Shown: positions 47,862 to 57,125 of the stretch, piece by piece
Layout of the letters: each line of letters opens with the position of its first letter
Position numbering within the stretch: the stretch's first letter is position 1
NCBI GenBank assembly: GCA_965112635.1
Contig: OZ218778.1
Span: 928,001-992,000 of the forward strand
Source: an uncultured bacterium
Lineage (GTDB): Bacteria > Oederibacteriota > Oederibacteriia > Oederibacteriales > Oederibacteriaceae
Length of the DNA stretch: 64,000 bases
Direction: 5' to 3'
Notes under the pieces: generated by a model
Seen by the model: only the letters and a program-made list of their open reading frames with translations
Told to the model about the DNA's origin: nothing
The model's database searches: none
Program-made: the position numbers and the translations under genes

Positions 47862-49745
47862 ATGGGAACAACCCAGGTTATTAGCCGAGACTATGACATA
47901 TTCAAGAAATATGTAGGAGCTTTAAAAGAAACAAACCAGCCCGGACAAGCTATAGGATTATGCCCCTTCCATGAAGATACTATTCCTTCTCTTAGCGTAA
48001 ACAGCCTAACAGGTGAGTGGTATTGCCATTCCTGTAAAGAGGGAGGTAATCTTCTCGGATTTTACATGAAGCTAAAAACTGGTATAGATCAGGAAACGGC
48101 TGTTAAAGAAATTGAGGAGCTGTATAAAGAAAATTCAATTAAAGCTCTGGAAGGTGATCATAAAGAAATACTAGAAACTCCAAAAGCATCTTGCGCAATA
48201 ATGCAGCAAATAGCCGCTTACATCTATACAGACCTGCAAGGTAATCCTTTACGCCGCGTTATCCGATATGAACCTAAAACTTTCAGACAGCAGCACTTTA
48301 AAAATGATAAATGGGTTTGGGGTAGGGGTAATACTGAGGATGTTTTATATAACCAGCCTGAAATTGTTCAAGCTGAAACCGTATTTATTGTTGAGGGTGA
48401 GAAGGACTGTGAGAGCTTAAAGAAATTTGAATTGGTTGCTACTACCTGCATTAATGGGGCTGGTAAGTGGAAAGATTCATACAATGCACAATTTAAAGGC
48501 AAAAAGGTAATTATTCTTCCTGATAATGATGAGCCAGGTAAAGAACACGCGCTTATGGTTGCTCAGAGCGTAAAAGGGATAGCTGAATCTGTAAAGATCG
48601 TGGAATTGCCAAACCTACCTGATAAGGGTGATGTTTCAGACTGGATTGCACAAGGTGGTACTAAGGATAGCCTGCTTTTTATCGCTGAAGTAACTGATGA
48701 GTGGAAGCCTAATTCGACTACGTTCTCTGTTCCGCTTACTAATGCAGAAATATGTAAAACGGAAACAGAGGTAACCTTACCTCAGATTAAATCCTTAGAG
48801 GATTCCTTACCTAGCGATTATGAACTCATTTCTCAAAATATTCAGATTGAATGGTTAGTGGAAAAATTAATTGCAAAAAAGGCCATTACAGTTATTCATG
48901 CAAAAGGTGGCACTGGAAAAACAGGATTTATTGTTGGTTTGGCTAAGGCGGTAACTCAAGGAAATTATTTCTTAGGTCTAAAGACGCAGCAGAACAAGGT
49001 TACTTATTGCGATTTCGATAACCCGTTAGATGTACTGATCTCGAGGATCAAACAGGTAGGTGCTTCTGGGGTAAAGGTATGGCATAGATCAAATCTTGAA
49101 ATTAAACTTCCTAAAATTGATTCAGAAGGATGGGAGCAATTCAAAAGCTTACCTCAGGACAGCCTTTTAATCTTTGACACTCTTAGAGCTTCACAGAGCT
49201 TAGATGAAAACGATGGCCGACATATGGCTATTGTTATGGAAAGGTTCAGATCGCTCTGTGACGTTGGTTATACGGTAGTTCTTCTGCATCACAATCCCAA
49301 ATACAATGATCGGGTTTATAAAGGTTCTTCATCAATTTCTGACTTGGCTGATTGTGTTATCAGTTTAGAGAAAAGGAAAAAGAATAAGCCGGACGAAATC
49401 CTAGATGATAGCGACAAGGCGGGTGAGTTCTGTTTCTGGATGGGCACGGACAAAACAAGATATGCTCCTTTTCAAATATTTCTTAAATATGATCAAGAAA
49501 ACGGTTTTTCTCTTGCCACTGGTGGACCTAATGAAGATTGTCTGTTAGCTATTCAAGAAATAATTAAGAAGTTTAACGCTGAAAATAATAAGTGGCTTAA
49601 TCAAAGGGAATTGGTGGAAAAGGTTGTTCAGGAAACGGTAATTAAGAAAGCTAAGGCTTATCACTTATTAAGTGAGGGGAAAGAAAAGTATTGGTCTTTT
49701 GAGAAAGGTGAAAGTAATTCAAAGATCTATAGGGTTAAGGAATGA
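47862..49745 (+). CDS. Primase-helicase: CHC2 zinc finger, Toprim and RepA/AAA_25 helicase domains
   Basis: CPFHED..PS...WYCHSC; VEGEKD, PDND.PG and KGDVSDW; AKGGTGKT, IFDTL, LLHH and GSS motifs. Confidence 0.9.
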   Translation: MGTTQVISRDYDIFKKYVGALKETNQPGQAIGLCPFHEDTIPSLSVNSLTGEWYCHSCKEGGNLLGFYMKLKTGIDQETAVKEIEELYKENSIKALEGDHKEILETPKASCAIMQQIAAYIYTDLQGNPLRRVIRYEPKTFRQQHFKNDKWVWGRGNTEDVLYNQPEIVQAETVFIVEGEKDCESLKKFELVATTCINGAGKWKDSYNAQFKGKKVIILPDNDEPGKEHALMVAQSVKGIAESVKIVELPNLPDKGDVSDWIAQGGTKDSLLFIAEVTDEWKPNSTTFSVPLTNAEICKTETEVTLPQIKSLEDSLPSDYELISQNIQIEWLVEKLIAKKAITVIHAKGGTGKTGFIVGLAKAVTQGNYFLGLKTQQNKVTYCDFDNPLDVLISRIKQVGASGVKVWHRSNLEIKLPKIDSEGWEQFKSLPQDSLLIFDTLRASQSLDENDGRHMAIVMERFRSLCDVGYTVVLLHHNPKYNDRVYKGSSSISDLADCVISLEKRKKNKPDEILDDSDKAGEFCFWMGTDKTRYAPFQIFLKYDQENGFSLATGGPNEDCLLAIQEIIKKFNAENNKWLNQRELVEKVVQETVIKKAKAYHLLSEGKEKYWSFEKGESNSKIYRVKE

Positions 49746-49757
49746 TGAATTTTATTG

Positions 49758-49994
49758 GGTTTTCCGTTTCCGCTCCATATATAGGTGTGAAAAACCAGAA
49801 AACCATATCTCTAAAGGGAAAAGGGTGTTTTTTATTTGGTTCGTTTTTTACTGCATATCTTAAAGAGCATAAAACTTAGCTTAGGCTAAGAAAGGGGTGT
49901 TCCACAAGTCACTATGACTTGTGAACTAAGGTTTGTTGGTTTCCTAACTGTATATATGGACTCGAAACCGGAAAACCTTCTCTTCCAAGGGAAA
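49758..49994. other. Putative replication origin of the element
   Basis: Two units of GGTTT..GTTTCC / TATATA / AAACC.GAAAACC..AAGGGAAA flanking a CACAAGTCA-cta-TGACTTGTG hairpin, directly after the primase gene. Confidence 0.55.
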
Positions 49995-50086
49995 TATTGG
50001 GAAATATAAAGTTGTTGGTAAGAACCAAAGAAAATATGGTTTCTCATCAATCAGCACGGAAATACGGTTAGTAGTCAGGGTTGGTT

Positions 50087-50557
50087 ATGAAGTTACGGGA
50101 GACAGCAGGAGCTTATGGAATACCTATATTCAAATTAGAGTTAGTAAGAGATTCAACGGTCCGAATAAGGGATCGTGAAAGTATTACTAGCTCTTATGCT
50201 GCTATCAAACTGGCTAGAAAATTACTAAAGGGTTCGCATTGTGAACATCTATTTGCCTTCTTCTTAGATAACCAAAATAGGTTTATAGGACTTAGACAAT
50301 TTGAAGGAACGGTTAATCAGGTAGCCATTTATCCTCGCGAAATATTTCTTCCCGCATTGCTTTGCAATTCAACCTCGTTGATTTTGTTGCACAACCATCC
50401 TTCAGGGATTTTAAAACCAAGTAATGAAGATTTCAGGTTGAACGAATCTCTCAAAACTGTATCGAAACTATTACAACTGGCATTGTTAGATCACATCATC
50501 TTGGGAGAGGAGGGACAAAGCGAATATTACAGTTTTCATGAATCCAGAACGCTCTAG
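50087..50557 (+). CDS. RadC-like JAB domain protein
   Basis: E......LD, YPREI, HNHPSG...PS.ED and LLDHII motifs. Confidence 0.9.
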   Translation: MKLRETAGAYGIPIFKLELVRDSTVRIRDRESITSSYAAIKLARKLLKGSHCEHLFAFFLDNQNRFIGLRQFEGTVNQVAIYPREIFLPALLCNSTSLILLHNHPSGILKPSNEDFRLNESLKTVSKLLQLALLDHIILGEEGQSEYYSFHESRTL

Positions 50558-50571
50558 GAAGGAGGTGTTAA

Positions 50572-51063
50572 GTGACTGATTTAGCAGTTTTAGAAAAGGT
50601 TGAAGCTGATGAAGGGATTAAGAAAAGACCTTTACCTGATCCTAAGCAAGAACTCTCAGCAAAGGATGCTGTAGAAGGTAAGTGGTACTTTACTAAATCT
50701 CCTAACAGATCGGATTATTCGAGGGGTTTAAAAAACGAGGGGTATTTAGTCGTTAAGGTTGTTAAGAACGACATTAACGGCCTGACTGTTTACCTACCCT
50801 CTACGGATCATAATATTTCGTTACCTTTAAACCATACCTTATACCCGGCCTCGGAACCTATTGCCCAGGGTGAACCTACTCTTAAGAGGGGTAGGAAGCG
50901 TCAAGGAGGCTCACGTCGGGCAATTATCCTTAAAGGTATGAGAGAGGGTAAAACCGATGAAGAGATTTTAGAAGAGGTTCTAAAAATATTTCTGGATGCA
51001 CCTAAAGATCGCGTGAAAGGTCAGATAAGCGGTAATAGGAGTTGGATCAAAAATCATTCATAA
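50572..51063 (+). CDS. Hypothetical protein with a basic helical C-terminus
   Basis: GGAGGTG RBS with GTG start; lies within the operon. Confidence 0.65.
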   Translation: MTDLAVLEKVEADEGIKKRPLPDPKQELSAKDAVEGKWYFTKSPNRSDYSRGLKNEGYLVVKVVKNDINGLTVYLPSTDHNISLPLNHTLYPASEPIAQGEPTLKRGRKRQGGSRRAIILKGMREGKTDEEILEEVLKIFLDAPKDRVKGQISGNRSWIKNHS

Positions 51064-51078
51064 AGGAGGTGAAGGGTT

Positions 51079-51690
51079 TTGGGATACACACATTATTGGA
51101 AAAGGAAGCAAGAGATTGACTTAGCTATTATGACGGCAATCGTGGCTGATTTCAGAAAGGTACTGCCAGAGATTCAGAAGCATGTTGATCTGGCTGATGG
51201 TATGGGAGAGGGTGAGCCAATTATCAAAAATGATTGCGTGTGTTTTAACGGGAAGCATAACTGCGGACACCCGGTTAACCACGAGATAGTAATTCCTTGG
51301 CCGAGTGATGAGGCGGGAGGAGTTGCCAATCCTTTTGTAGAAAAAACTGTAAGTGATACCTGGTACGCAGGAGCCGTAATTGATAAGAGGTGTTGCGGTG
51401 GAAGTTGTGATTATGAAACTTTTGACTTCCCTAGAGTATTGGAATTAGAAAAATGGCAGAAGCCAGAACAAGGTAAATATTTTCAGTGTTGTAAAACGGC
51501 TTTCAGGCCGTATGACTTGGCGGTTATTGTTTTTCTGATAATAGCCAAACAGTATTTGAAAGATCAGTTGGTAGTAAATAGTGACGGACGCCAACAGCAT
51601 TGGTTTGACGGTCAGATGATGTGTCATACGGTTCTTGGTTATGGATTGGGATTTAAGCTGTCTGTAGAAGGAAAGGAGGTTAAAGCATAA
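51079..51690 (+). CDS. Conserved MGE hypothetical protein (MGYTHYW...CKT...PYD...SDG type)
   Basis: Motifs I recall from phage/plasmid early proteins; strong RBS. Confidence 0.7.
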   Translation: MGYTHYWKRKQEIDLAIMTAIVADFRKVLPEIQKHVDLADGMGEGEPIIKNDCVCFNGKHNCGHPVNHEIVIPWPSDEAGGVANPFVEKTVSDTWYAGAVIDKRCCGGSCDYETFDFPRVLELEKWQKPEQGKYFQCCKTAFRPYDLAVIVFLIIAKQYLKDQLVVNSDGRQQHWFDGQMMCHTVLGYGLGFKLSVEGKEVKA

Positions 51691-51904
51691 CGGTTACAAA
51701 TCTGTTTCTGAAGGATGTGGTGGAGTGATGAACTATTTAGATTTTAGAAGCGGGGCAATGCAAGCAAGGACAATTATTCCAAGAAAGCCAGGCGATCCGG
51801 TAATGAACAGGGATGAAATAGAGCAATGGATCGCAGGTGAGTATCGAAGGCATTACGATAAAAACGGTAAAGCTATAAATCTGGAAAGTAGGGAGGTGAA
51901 TAAA

Positions 51905-52282
51905 ATGGATGAATCCAAGGTTGAAAAACAGACGGATTCAGAAAAAGTTGGGAAGTTAAAGAATATTTATTACCAATCGACAGGTACTGAAACCTGGACA
52001 AAACATTGGGCTGGATTTGGAACATATACCGATGGTGTAAGGGCGATTGCTGAGACCGCCGAAGCGTTCTGGCTACTCGATGCTATTTTCAGCTATCGCA
52101 GGAAAGAACAGTTTCAGTTATGGGTACTGAATGTCGTTGATGGAAAAGCCATTCTGACTATGCAAGAAGATTCGGACTTGGAACCAGTGGTAACTCAGGA
52201 AATCAATTTTACGGATTTTCCAACAGGGAGGTGGGAGTTTTATCTAGAGAATGAGGTGCTTTGTTTACCGGACGAAAGGTAG
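51905..52282 (+). CDS. DUF6876-like protein
   Basis: YTDGV..IAE...A.WL.DAI, FQ.W.L and Q.I.FTDFP...L.LP.E motifs; GGAGGTG RBS before ATG 51905. Confidence 0.7.
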   Translation: MDESKVEKQTDSEKVGKLKNIYYQSTGTETWTKHWAGFGTYTDGVRAIAETAEAFWLLDAIFSYRRKEQFQLWVLNVVDGKAILTMQEDSDLEPVVTQEINFTDFPTGRWEFYLENEVLCLPDER

Positions 52283-52343
52283 TTAAAGAGGTAAGAAAGA
52301 TTTTAAATGGTCGGCGGACTTTAACCGCAGGGAGGATTTAAAA

Positions 52344-53156
52344 ATGTTAACAGTAGAACAGGTTTTGGATAAGGTCAGTTTTCCGGTAGGGACTGAAAGA
52401 TTGGTAACAGTAGATGGCGGGATAGTCAGAAAGACTCTTGCAGTGGTTCGAAAGGACATTAATGAGGTGGTAGGTATCGTAAGCGAGCGGTACAAGCTAA
52501 TTCCTCACGCCTTAGTTCTTGAAAAACCTTTACAGGAAATGGAAAGAAAGGGTTTTCAGTTTAAACGGGTATTGATTAAAGGCAATGGTGAGGTAGTTAT
52601 CGTTGAGGCTATGGGCACTCAAGCCTTCCACGTTAATGGAGATGAGATATTTCAGCGGGTTTTAATCGCTAACAGCTACGACTGCACAAGGGCATTACAG
52701 TTCTATGATGGAGCGTTCAGGATTGCCTGTTCAAACGGCCTGGTCGTTCCTTACCAGATGTTCCGCAACTTTAATCTAGCTCTTAGGAGAAAACACATAG
52801 GTGATATCCAAAATGATCTGGATACTATTCTCAACAGGGTAGGTGAATTTGGAAAGATATTCAGCCAGGTAATAGATTTTTATCAGAATCTTAGTGATAG
52901 GAAGGTTGATTTTGATACAGCTAAAAAACTGGTAAAGGAAGTTTATGCATCAAATAAAACAGTAACTTCTATCCTTAACTTATGGAAAGCAGGGGACGGA
53001 CATCAAGGTAAAAACTCGGCCTGGGAGCTTTATAACGGTCTGGTTCAGTTCCAGAGGGATAAGGAGAGAGGCGGTAAGGAAGACGGTTTAGCAACTAAGG
53101 TATTAAGGCATACGGATATTCAGATGAGGTTCTTAGAGCACCTAGCAAAAAACTAG
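52344..53156 (+). CDS. DUF932/DUF945-family protein
   Basis: VGIVSERYKLI, NSYD, FRIACSNG and SAWELYNG motifs. Confidence 0.8.
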   Translation: MLTVEQVLDKVSFPVGTERLVTVDGGIVRKTLAVVRKDINEVVGIVSERYKLIPHALVLEKPLQEMERKGFQFKRVLIKGNGEVVIVEAMGTQAFHVNGDEIFQRVLIANSYDCTRALQFYDGAFRIACSNGLVVPYQMFRNFNLALRRKHIGDIQNDLDTILNRVGEFGKIFSQVIDFYQNLSDRKVDFDTAKKLVKEVYASNKTVTSILNLWKAGDGHQGKNSAWELYNGLVQFQRDKERGGKEDGLATKVLRHTDIQMRFLEHLAKN

Positions 53157-53168
53157 GAGGTTTTAGAA

Positions 53169-53345
53169 ATGAACGCCTTAGACGGTAAGACCGTAAACGA
53201 TATTCAGAAGGTTATTGATTATCTTTGGCAAGATGAAGAACGGCACTACCAAGAAGAGCCGTGTAAGGGTCATATCTTTTTAGTTATGAAAAGGTTAGCT
53301 AAGAAAATAACAGCAAGAAAAAAGGCTGTGAATAAAAAGAAGTAG
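53169..53345 (+). CDS. Unlisted 58-aa hypothetical protein
   Basis: AGGAGG RBS; MNALDGKTVNDIQKVIDYLWQDEERHYQEEPCKGHIF...; fills the operon gap. Confidence 0.65.
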   Translation: MNALDGKTVNDIQKVIDYLWQDEERHYQEEPCKGHIFLVMKRLAKKITARKKAVNKKK

Positions 53346-53358
53346 AGGGGTTTGGAAT

Positions 53359-53826
53359 ATGAAACTACAGGTAACTAGGCAACTGTTTAATACTTGGATC
53401 AAGAAGCTGGGAGCTTTGGGTTGCGTTGAGTGTAAGAGGGACTTTGAAGTAAGGAGAAGGTTCTATAAGCCCTTTATACTTTCTATTGAATGCCCTTACT
53501 GCCAGAACTGCTTAATTGAGGTTGAGGACTTATGCAAAGCGGAAGATATGAATATCGGTGAAAGGGAGCTGTTTGAATTTGAGAAGGAGGTTATTAAGAA
53601 AAGGTTTAAGAAATTTACTATCCATCCTAGAGTGATCAGGTTTACAGGAATCAATAAGCTTAGCAGTCTCGCTTACGATCAAGTATTGTTTTTGGATATA
53701 AACCTTCGCATGAAATATAACCGTAAAGAAATTAAGAGAGTTATTTACTATGGGCTTCTAGATTACTTAGAATGGGAACAGCGTAAGGCAATATTTAAAA
53801 ATTATTGGCAAAGGAAGGCTTGCTAG
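53359..53826 (+). CDS. Hypothetical protein with a CxxC...CxxC zinc ribbon
   Basis: CVEC...CPYC. Confidence 0.6.
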   Translation: MKLQVTRQLFNTWIKKLGALGCVECKRDFEVRRRFYKPFILSIECPYCQNCLIEVEDLCKAEDMNIGERELFEFEKEVIKKRFKKFTIHPRVIRFTGINKLSSLAYDQVLFLDINLRMKYNRKEIKRVIYYGLLDYLEWEQRKAIFKNYWQRKAC

Positions 53827-53931
53827 CAATATGAAATTTCAAAGGGAACCATATCAAATTTAACAGTACCAAGCAGTTCTATTGATAAGGGTTTATAATC
53901 AGGTGATTATTACCTGTAAGGAGGTTTATTA

Positions 53932-54375
53932 ATGCATAGTTTAAACAAGGTTGATCTAAAAAATAATAAAAGCCAGATTATTACCACATTACTTAAGGGC
54001 TGGCTGGACCCTATGGGAAAGTTCCACAATATGGGTAAAGATGCCCATGTGAGCTGGATGCAGAAACATATGGGCATAAAGAATGTGCTTCCTCATCAAA
54101 CTGAAGTCTGGGATAAAATTATGAGAAAGGCTTATGGGGATAGCTGGGTACGTATTGGAGATTCCGGGGAAATATCTATGTATTATTCCGATCTATCTAT
54201 TTCAAATACCGATAAATATATTAAGAAAAACTTTCCAAAGAATATGTTTGTCATAGTTAATTTAGAAGATAAGCATGTTTACTGTAACCTCAAGATGGAA
54301 GATGTTTTAGCTAGTGGATTAAGGATGGCTTTGGATTTTAGCATGAGATCGAGGGAGAAGGAATTTAAGAGCTAA
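53932..54375 (+). CDS. Hypothetical protein (GW..P.G.F...H...WVRI type)
   Basis: AAGGAGG RBS; motif resembles MGE proteins. Confidence 0.6.
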   Translation: MHSLNKVDLKNNKSQIITTLLKGWLDPMGKFHNMGKDAHVSWMQKHMGIKNVLPHQTEVWDKIMRKAYGDSWVRIGDSGEISMYYSDLSISNTDKYIKKNFPKNMFVIVNLEDKHVYCNLKMEDVLASGLRMALDFSMRSREKEFKS

Positions 54376-54531
54376 GAACACCTGCCAGTTAACCTACCTG
54401 TTGTAAAAAACCAACTAAAAGTAACCTCTGACCGAATATTCTACGCAATTACAAAAGAATATTTTCACGCTGATGTTTTCAGTTTACCTATGGGCAGTAT
54501 AATTTAAAAAACATTCAAGGAGTAATGATAA

Positions 54532-54747
54532 ATGGAATTTAATAATAACCCTTACATAGCAGATCAGATCACCGCTCATCTATTTATTGTTAAAGAAGAA
54601 TTACAAATATTACTAGATGCGGAACCTTTAAATGAAAGTTACCGGGTAGGTATTTTAAGGGTAAGCCAAGCTATAACGGCTTTGGGTTTAGATCGAAAAG
54701 CTAAACTGTTAGCTGAAGAAATTATTAGGCATAGGCTTGCTTCTTAA
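54532..54747 (+). CDS. Hypothetical protein
   Basis: AAGGAG RBS; 71 aa. Confidence 0.55.
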   Translation: MEFNNNPYIADQITAHLFIVKEELQILLDAEPLNESYRVGILRVSQAITALGLDRKAKLLAEEIIRHRLAS

Positions 54748-54891
54748 GGAAACAAGCTCACAAACGACATCATTGAAAAAACATCGATTGTTGAAAGAAC
54801 CGACACTATTGAAACTTAAAAATTAATAAAGCGTTGGATTTATTGAAATGTTGAAGTATCGATAATTACGATAGGACTGGGAAGAGTAACG

Positions 54892-55158
54892 ATGAAAACT
54901 CATAATTTCATGGTAACGAAAACTGATTTAGCAACCTACCTAACAAACATAGCAAGCAGTTTGGAGATTAACGGTATGGCACTCAGGGGAATGAATGTCG
55001 AAACTTCTGATGTAGGTTCTATTGAAGGCATTGCTACTTCACTGGAAAAGACCGCTGATTTAATTAAGGGTATAAATGCTCAGCTTTGTACTTCGTGCAG
55101 AATGATAGGGGTGGAAAGCAAGGTAAGTTTGAAAAGGGTAAAAACAAATAAAGAGTAA
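54892..55158 (+). CDS. Hypothetical helical protein
   Basis: 88-aa ORF convergent with the XRE gene. Confidence 0.5.
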   Translation: MKTHNFMVTKTDLATYLTNIASSLEINGMALRGMNVETSDVGSIEGIATSLEKTADLIKGINAQLCTSCRMIGVESKVSLKRVKTNKE

Positions 55159-55159
55159 G

Positions 55160-55396
55160 TTATATCTTTTTGATTTTTATCAGCCCTTTTATAAGCTTAC
55201 TTGGATCAGCTTTGAACATCTCTGCAACCTTAAAAAGGGTTGAAAGTGAGTGTGCCCTACCAGCTTCAAGCTGCTGATAGTGTCTTACTGAGAAGCTATA
55301 ATTAAGTACATTCGTTTGTACCATCTTTCTTTTTAAACGTAACGCTCGATACCTAGTTCCTAGTTCACGAAATTCTTTAAGGTATTCATCTTTCAT
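55160..55396 (-). CDS. XRE-family HTH regulator (C-protein-like)
   Basis: ELG.R.R.LR....M.Q...RHYQQLEAG...L.TL.KVA pattern; divergent from the three-gene cluster. Confidence 0.8.
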   Translation of the reverse strand: MKDEYLKEFRELGTRYRALRLKRKMVQTNVLNYSFSVRHYQQLEAGRAHSLSTLFKVAEMFKADPSKLIKGLIKIKKI

Positions 55397-55547
55397 GGCT
55401 TTATCCCTTTCCTGTGTTTACCTAAGAGATAACGCCTTACGAGCAAAAAAACCACGAGCAGAAAGGCGCAAAAAGTATTGCGGTGGTTATTTATGGGTGA
55501 TAAGCTCAATTATTAGCACGTGCGAAATGACGCAAGGGGAGGGTAAT

Positions 55548-56264
55548 ATGGGCAAAGTGTTTATAGAGGGTTTCTATTCAGATTTCAGTACCAAGATAAA
55601 AGATTTCAAGAAGAACGAAGATCGGGCATTTGTGTTTGATCTTTGTAGGGAATTCATCTTAACAGCCAAGAAAAGTGGTAATGAATGGTATAAAAATGAA
55701 AAGGTTTACCAAGCGGTTATCTTAATAATCTATTGCTGGAACTTTGCAGCCCAGAAAACTAAGAATACAAAGAAGGGTGCAAATATATTAATTAATAAAT
55801 TATCTGTTCGTAATGCGTTAAAGAGAAACAATAAACTGTTTTCTTCGCTGGAAGGTAAGCGGTTACACGACAGTTTGACAGAAGAAGATTATAAAAATAT
55901 AACGACTATATATTCTGACTTTAAAGATATATTCGACCAAACCGGCGCATCAAAAGTCCTTAGTGTTTTTAATCCCAACATATTTGTTATGTGGGATACC
56001 GGTATTAGAAGGTATTTAAAGAAAATGTATTTTAAGGATGAGAAAGGTTCGGCTGTAAAGGTTTTTAGGGATTTTACTAATAATAAGGCAAAAATTAATT
56101 CTGATGGCATTAAAAACGGTGAAAATGTTAGGAACTATTTAAATTTCATTAAGGGATTAAAGATAGTAATTGATAAATGCCACTTAAAACAATTTGATGA
56201 GAAAAATTACCCTCTTGCAAAAAAATTAGATGAATTCCATTACGCAAAAATAATTGGGGGATAG
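55548..56264 (+). CDS. HhH-superfamily (DNA glycosylase-like) protein A
   Basis: I.CWN ... TGASKVL...NP..FVMWD ... YL.F ... LAKKLDE; GGGAGG RBS before ATG 55548. Confidence 0.6.
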   Translation: MGKVFIEGFYSDFSTKIKDFKKNEDRAFVFDLCREFILTAKKSGNEWYKNEKVYQAVILIIYCWNFAAQKTKNTKKGANILINKLSVRNALKRNNKLFSSLEGKRLHDSLTEEDYKNITTIYSDFKDIFDQTGASKVLSVFNPNIFVMWDTGIRRYLKKMYFKDEKGSAVKVFRDFTNNKAKINSDGIKNGENVRNYLNFIKGLKIVIDKCHLKQFDEKNYPLAKKLDEFHYAKIIGG

Positions 56265-56266
56265 CT

Positions 56267-57109
56267 ATGGTAGGCAGAGGGAATACGGATATGGAACTGG
56301 TGTCTAAATCATATTGTGTTGACGTTGAAATCCTTGAGAAGGATATAGCTAAGGAACTTAAAAAGTGGGAAAAAATATATAAATACTATAAAGATGCTGA
56401 TGATGTTCTTTATTCTATTGGGAAAGAAGATTTTAAAACTACAGAACATTTAGTTTCAAAGTTATGGATCATTGGTAGAAGTTACGCAACACAACTGGAC
56501 AGGCATTTCGACAAAAAGAAAGTCATTAATAATAAGCCAAAGATATTGTGGTTTGCTAAGGCAATCGGAAAGCAGGATCAGAGGGAATTATTAAACTACT
56601 TAAATAAAATTAAGAATGTTAAGAGCGTAAAACTTACCAGCAAAGTGGTAGGCGATAAAATAAAGGTCACAATTAACGATAATGAATTTAAAAAGTTGGA
56701 GTTGATATTTAAGTGTTTGGTTCTGTTTGTTGATTTGCTGGGTAAAACGGGATGGATTAGAGTAAAAAGAAACTCTTCATATTTATCATTGGTTTCCTTC
56801 TCTTCAAAAATATTACATTTTTATAATCCCTTAATTCCAATATTTGACAGTTTAGCTTCTAAAAACATCGGGAAAGCCATTAAATTAACAAAACATAAAG
56901 GTATGTCTAAAGGGTATTTGAAAATGCTGGATGATAAATTTAAAATTAGAGTTATTCAAGGAAGAAAATATATCCCTATAGGGAAAAGGTTGTTCTGGAT
57001 TGACAAGAAAAAGAAAGACTATGAAGGGTATGTTTTTAAGGTTTTTGTTCTATGTAGTGTTTTAAGAAAAAAGCCAAGACTGGTCGATTTTTATCTATAT
57101 TCAAAATAA
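56267..57109 (+). CDS. HhH-superfamily (DNA glycosylase-like) protein B
   Basis: KLWIIGRSYA..LDR ... SFSSKILHFYNP.IPIFDS ... RLVDFYLY. Confidence 0.6.
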   Translation: MVGRGNTDMELVSKSYCVDVEILEKDIAKELKKWEKIYKYYKDADDVLYSIGKEDFKTTEHLVSKLWIIGRSYATQLDRHFDKKKVINNKPKILWFAKAIGKQDQRELLNYLNKIKNVKSVKLTSKVVGDKIKVTINDNEFKKLELIFKCLVLFVDLLGKTGWIRVKRNSSYLSLVSFSSKILHFYNPLIPIFDSLASKNIGKAIKLTKHKGMSKGYLKMLDDKFKIRVIQGRKYIPIGKRLFWIDKKKKDYEGYVFKVFVLCSVLRKKPRLVDFYLYSK

Positions 57110-57125
57110 TGAGAAGGAAGATTAG

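Noticed and set aside
50087-50557. JAB protein as part of a CBASS or ubiquitin-like system
   Set aside because: The motifs are RadC-type and no cyclase, E1/E2 or Ubl gene is present in the window.
55395-55547. N-terminal extension of ORF 55395-56264
   Set aside because: It overlaps the start and promoter region of the divergent XRE gene; ATG 55548 has a clear RBS.
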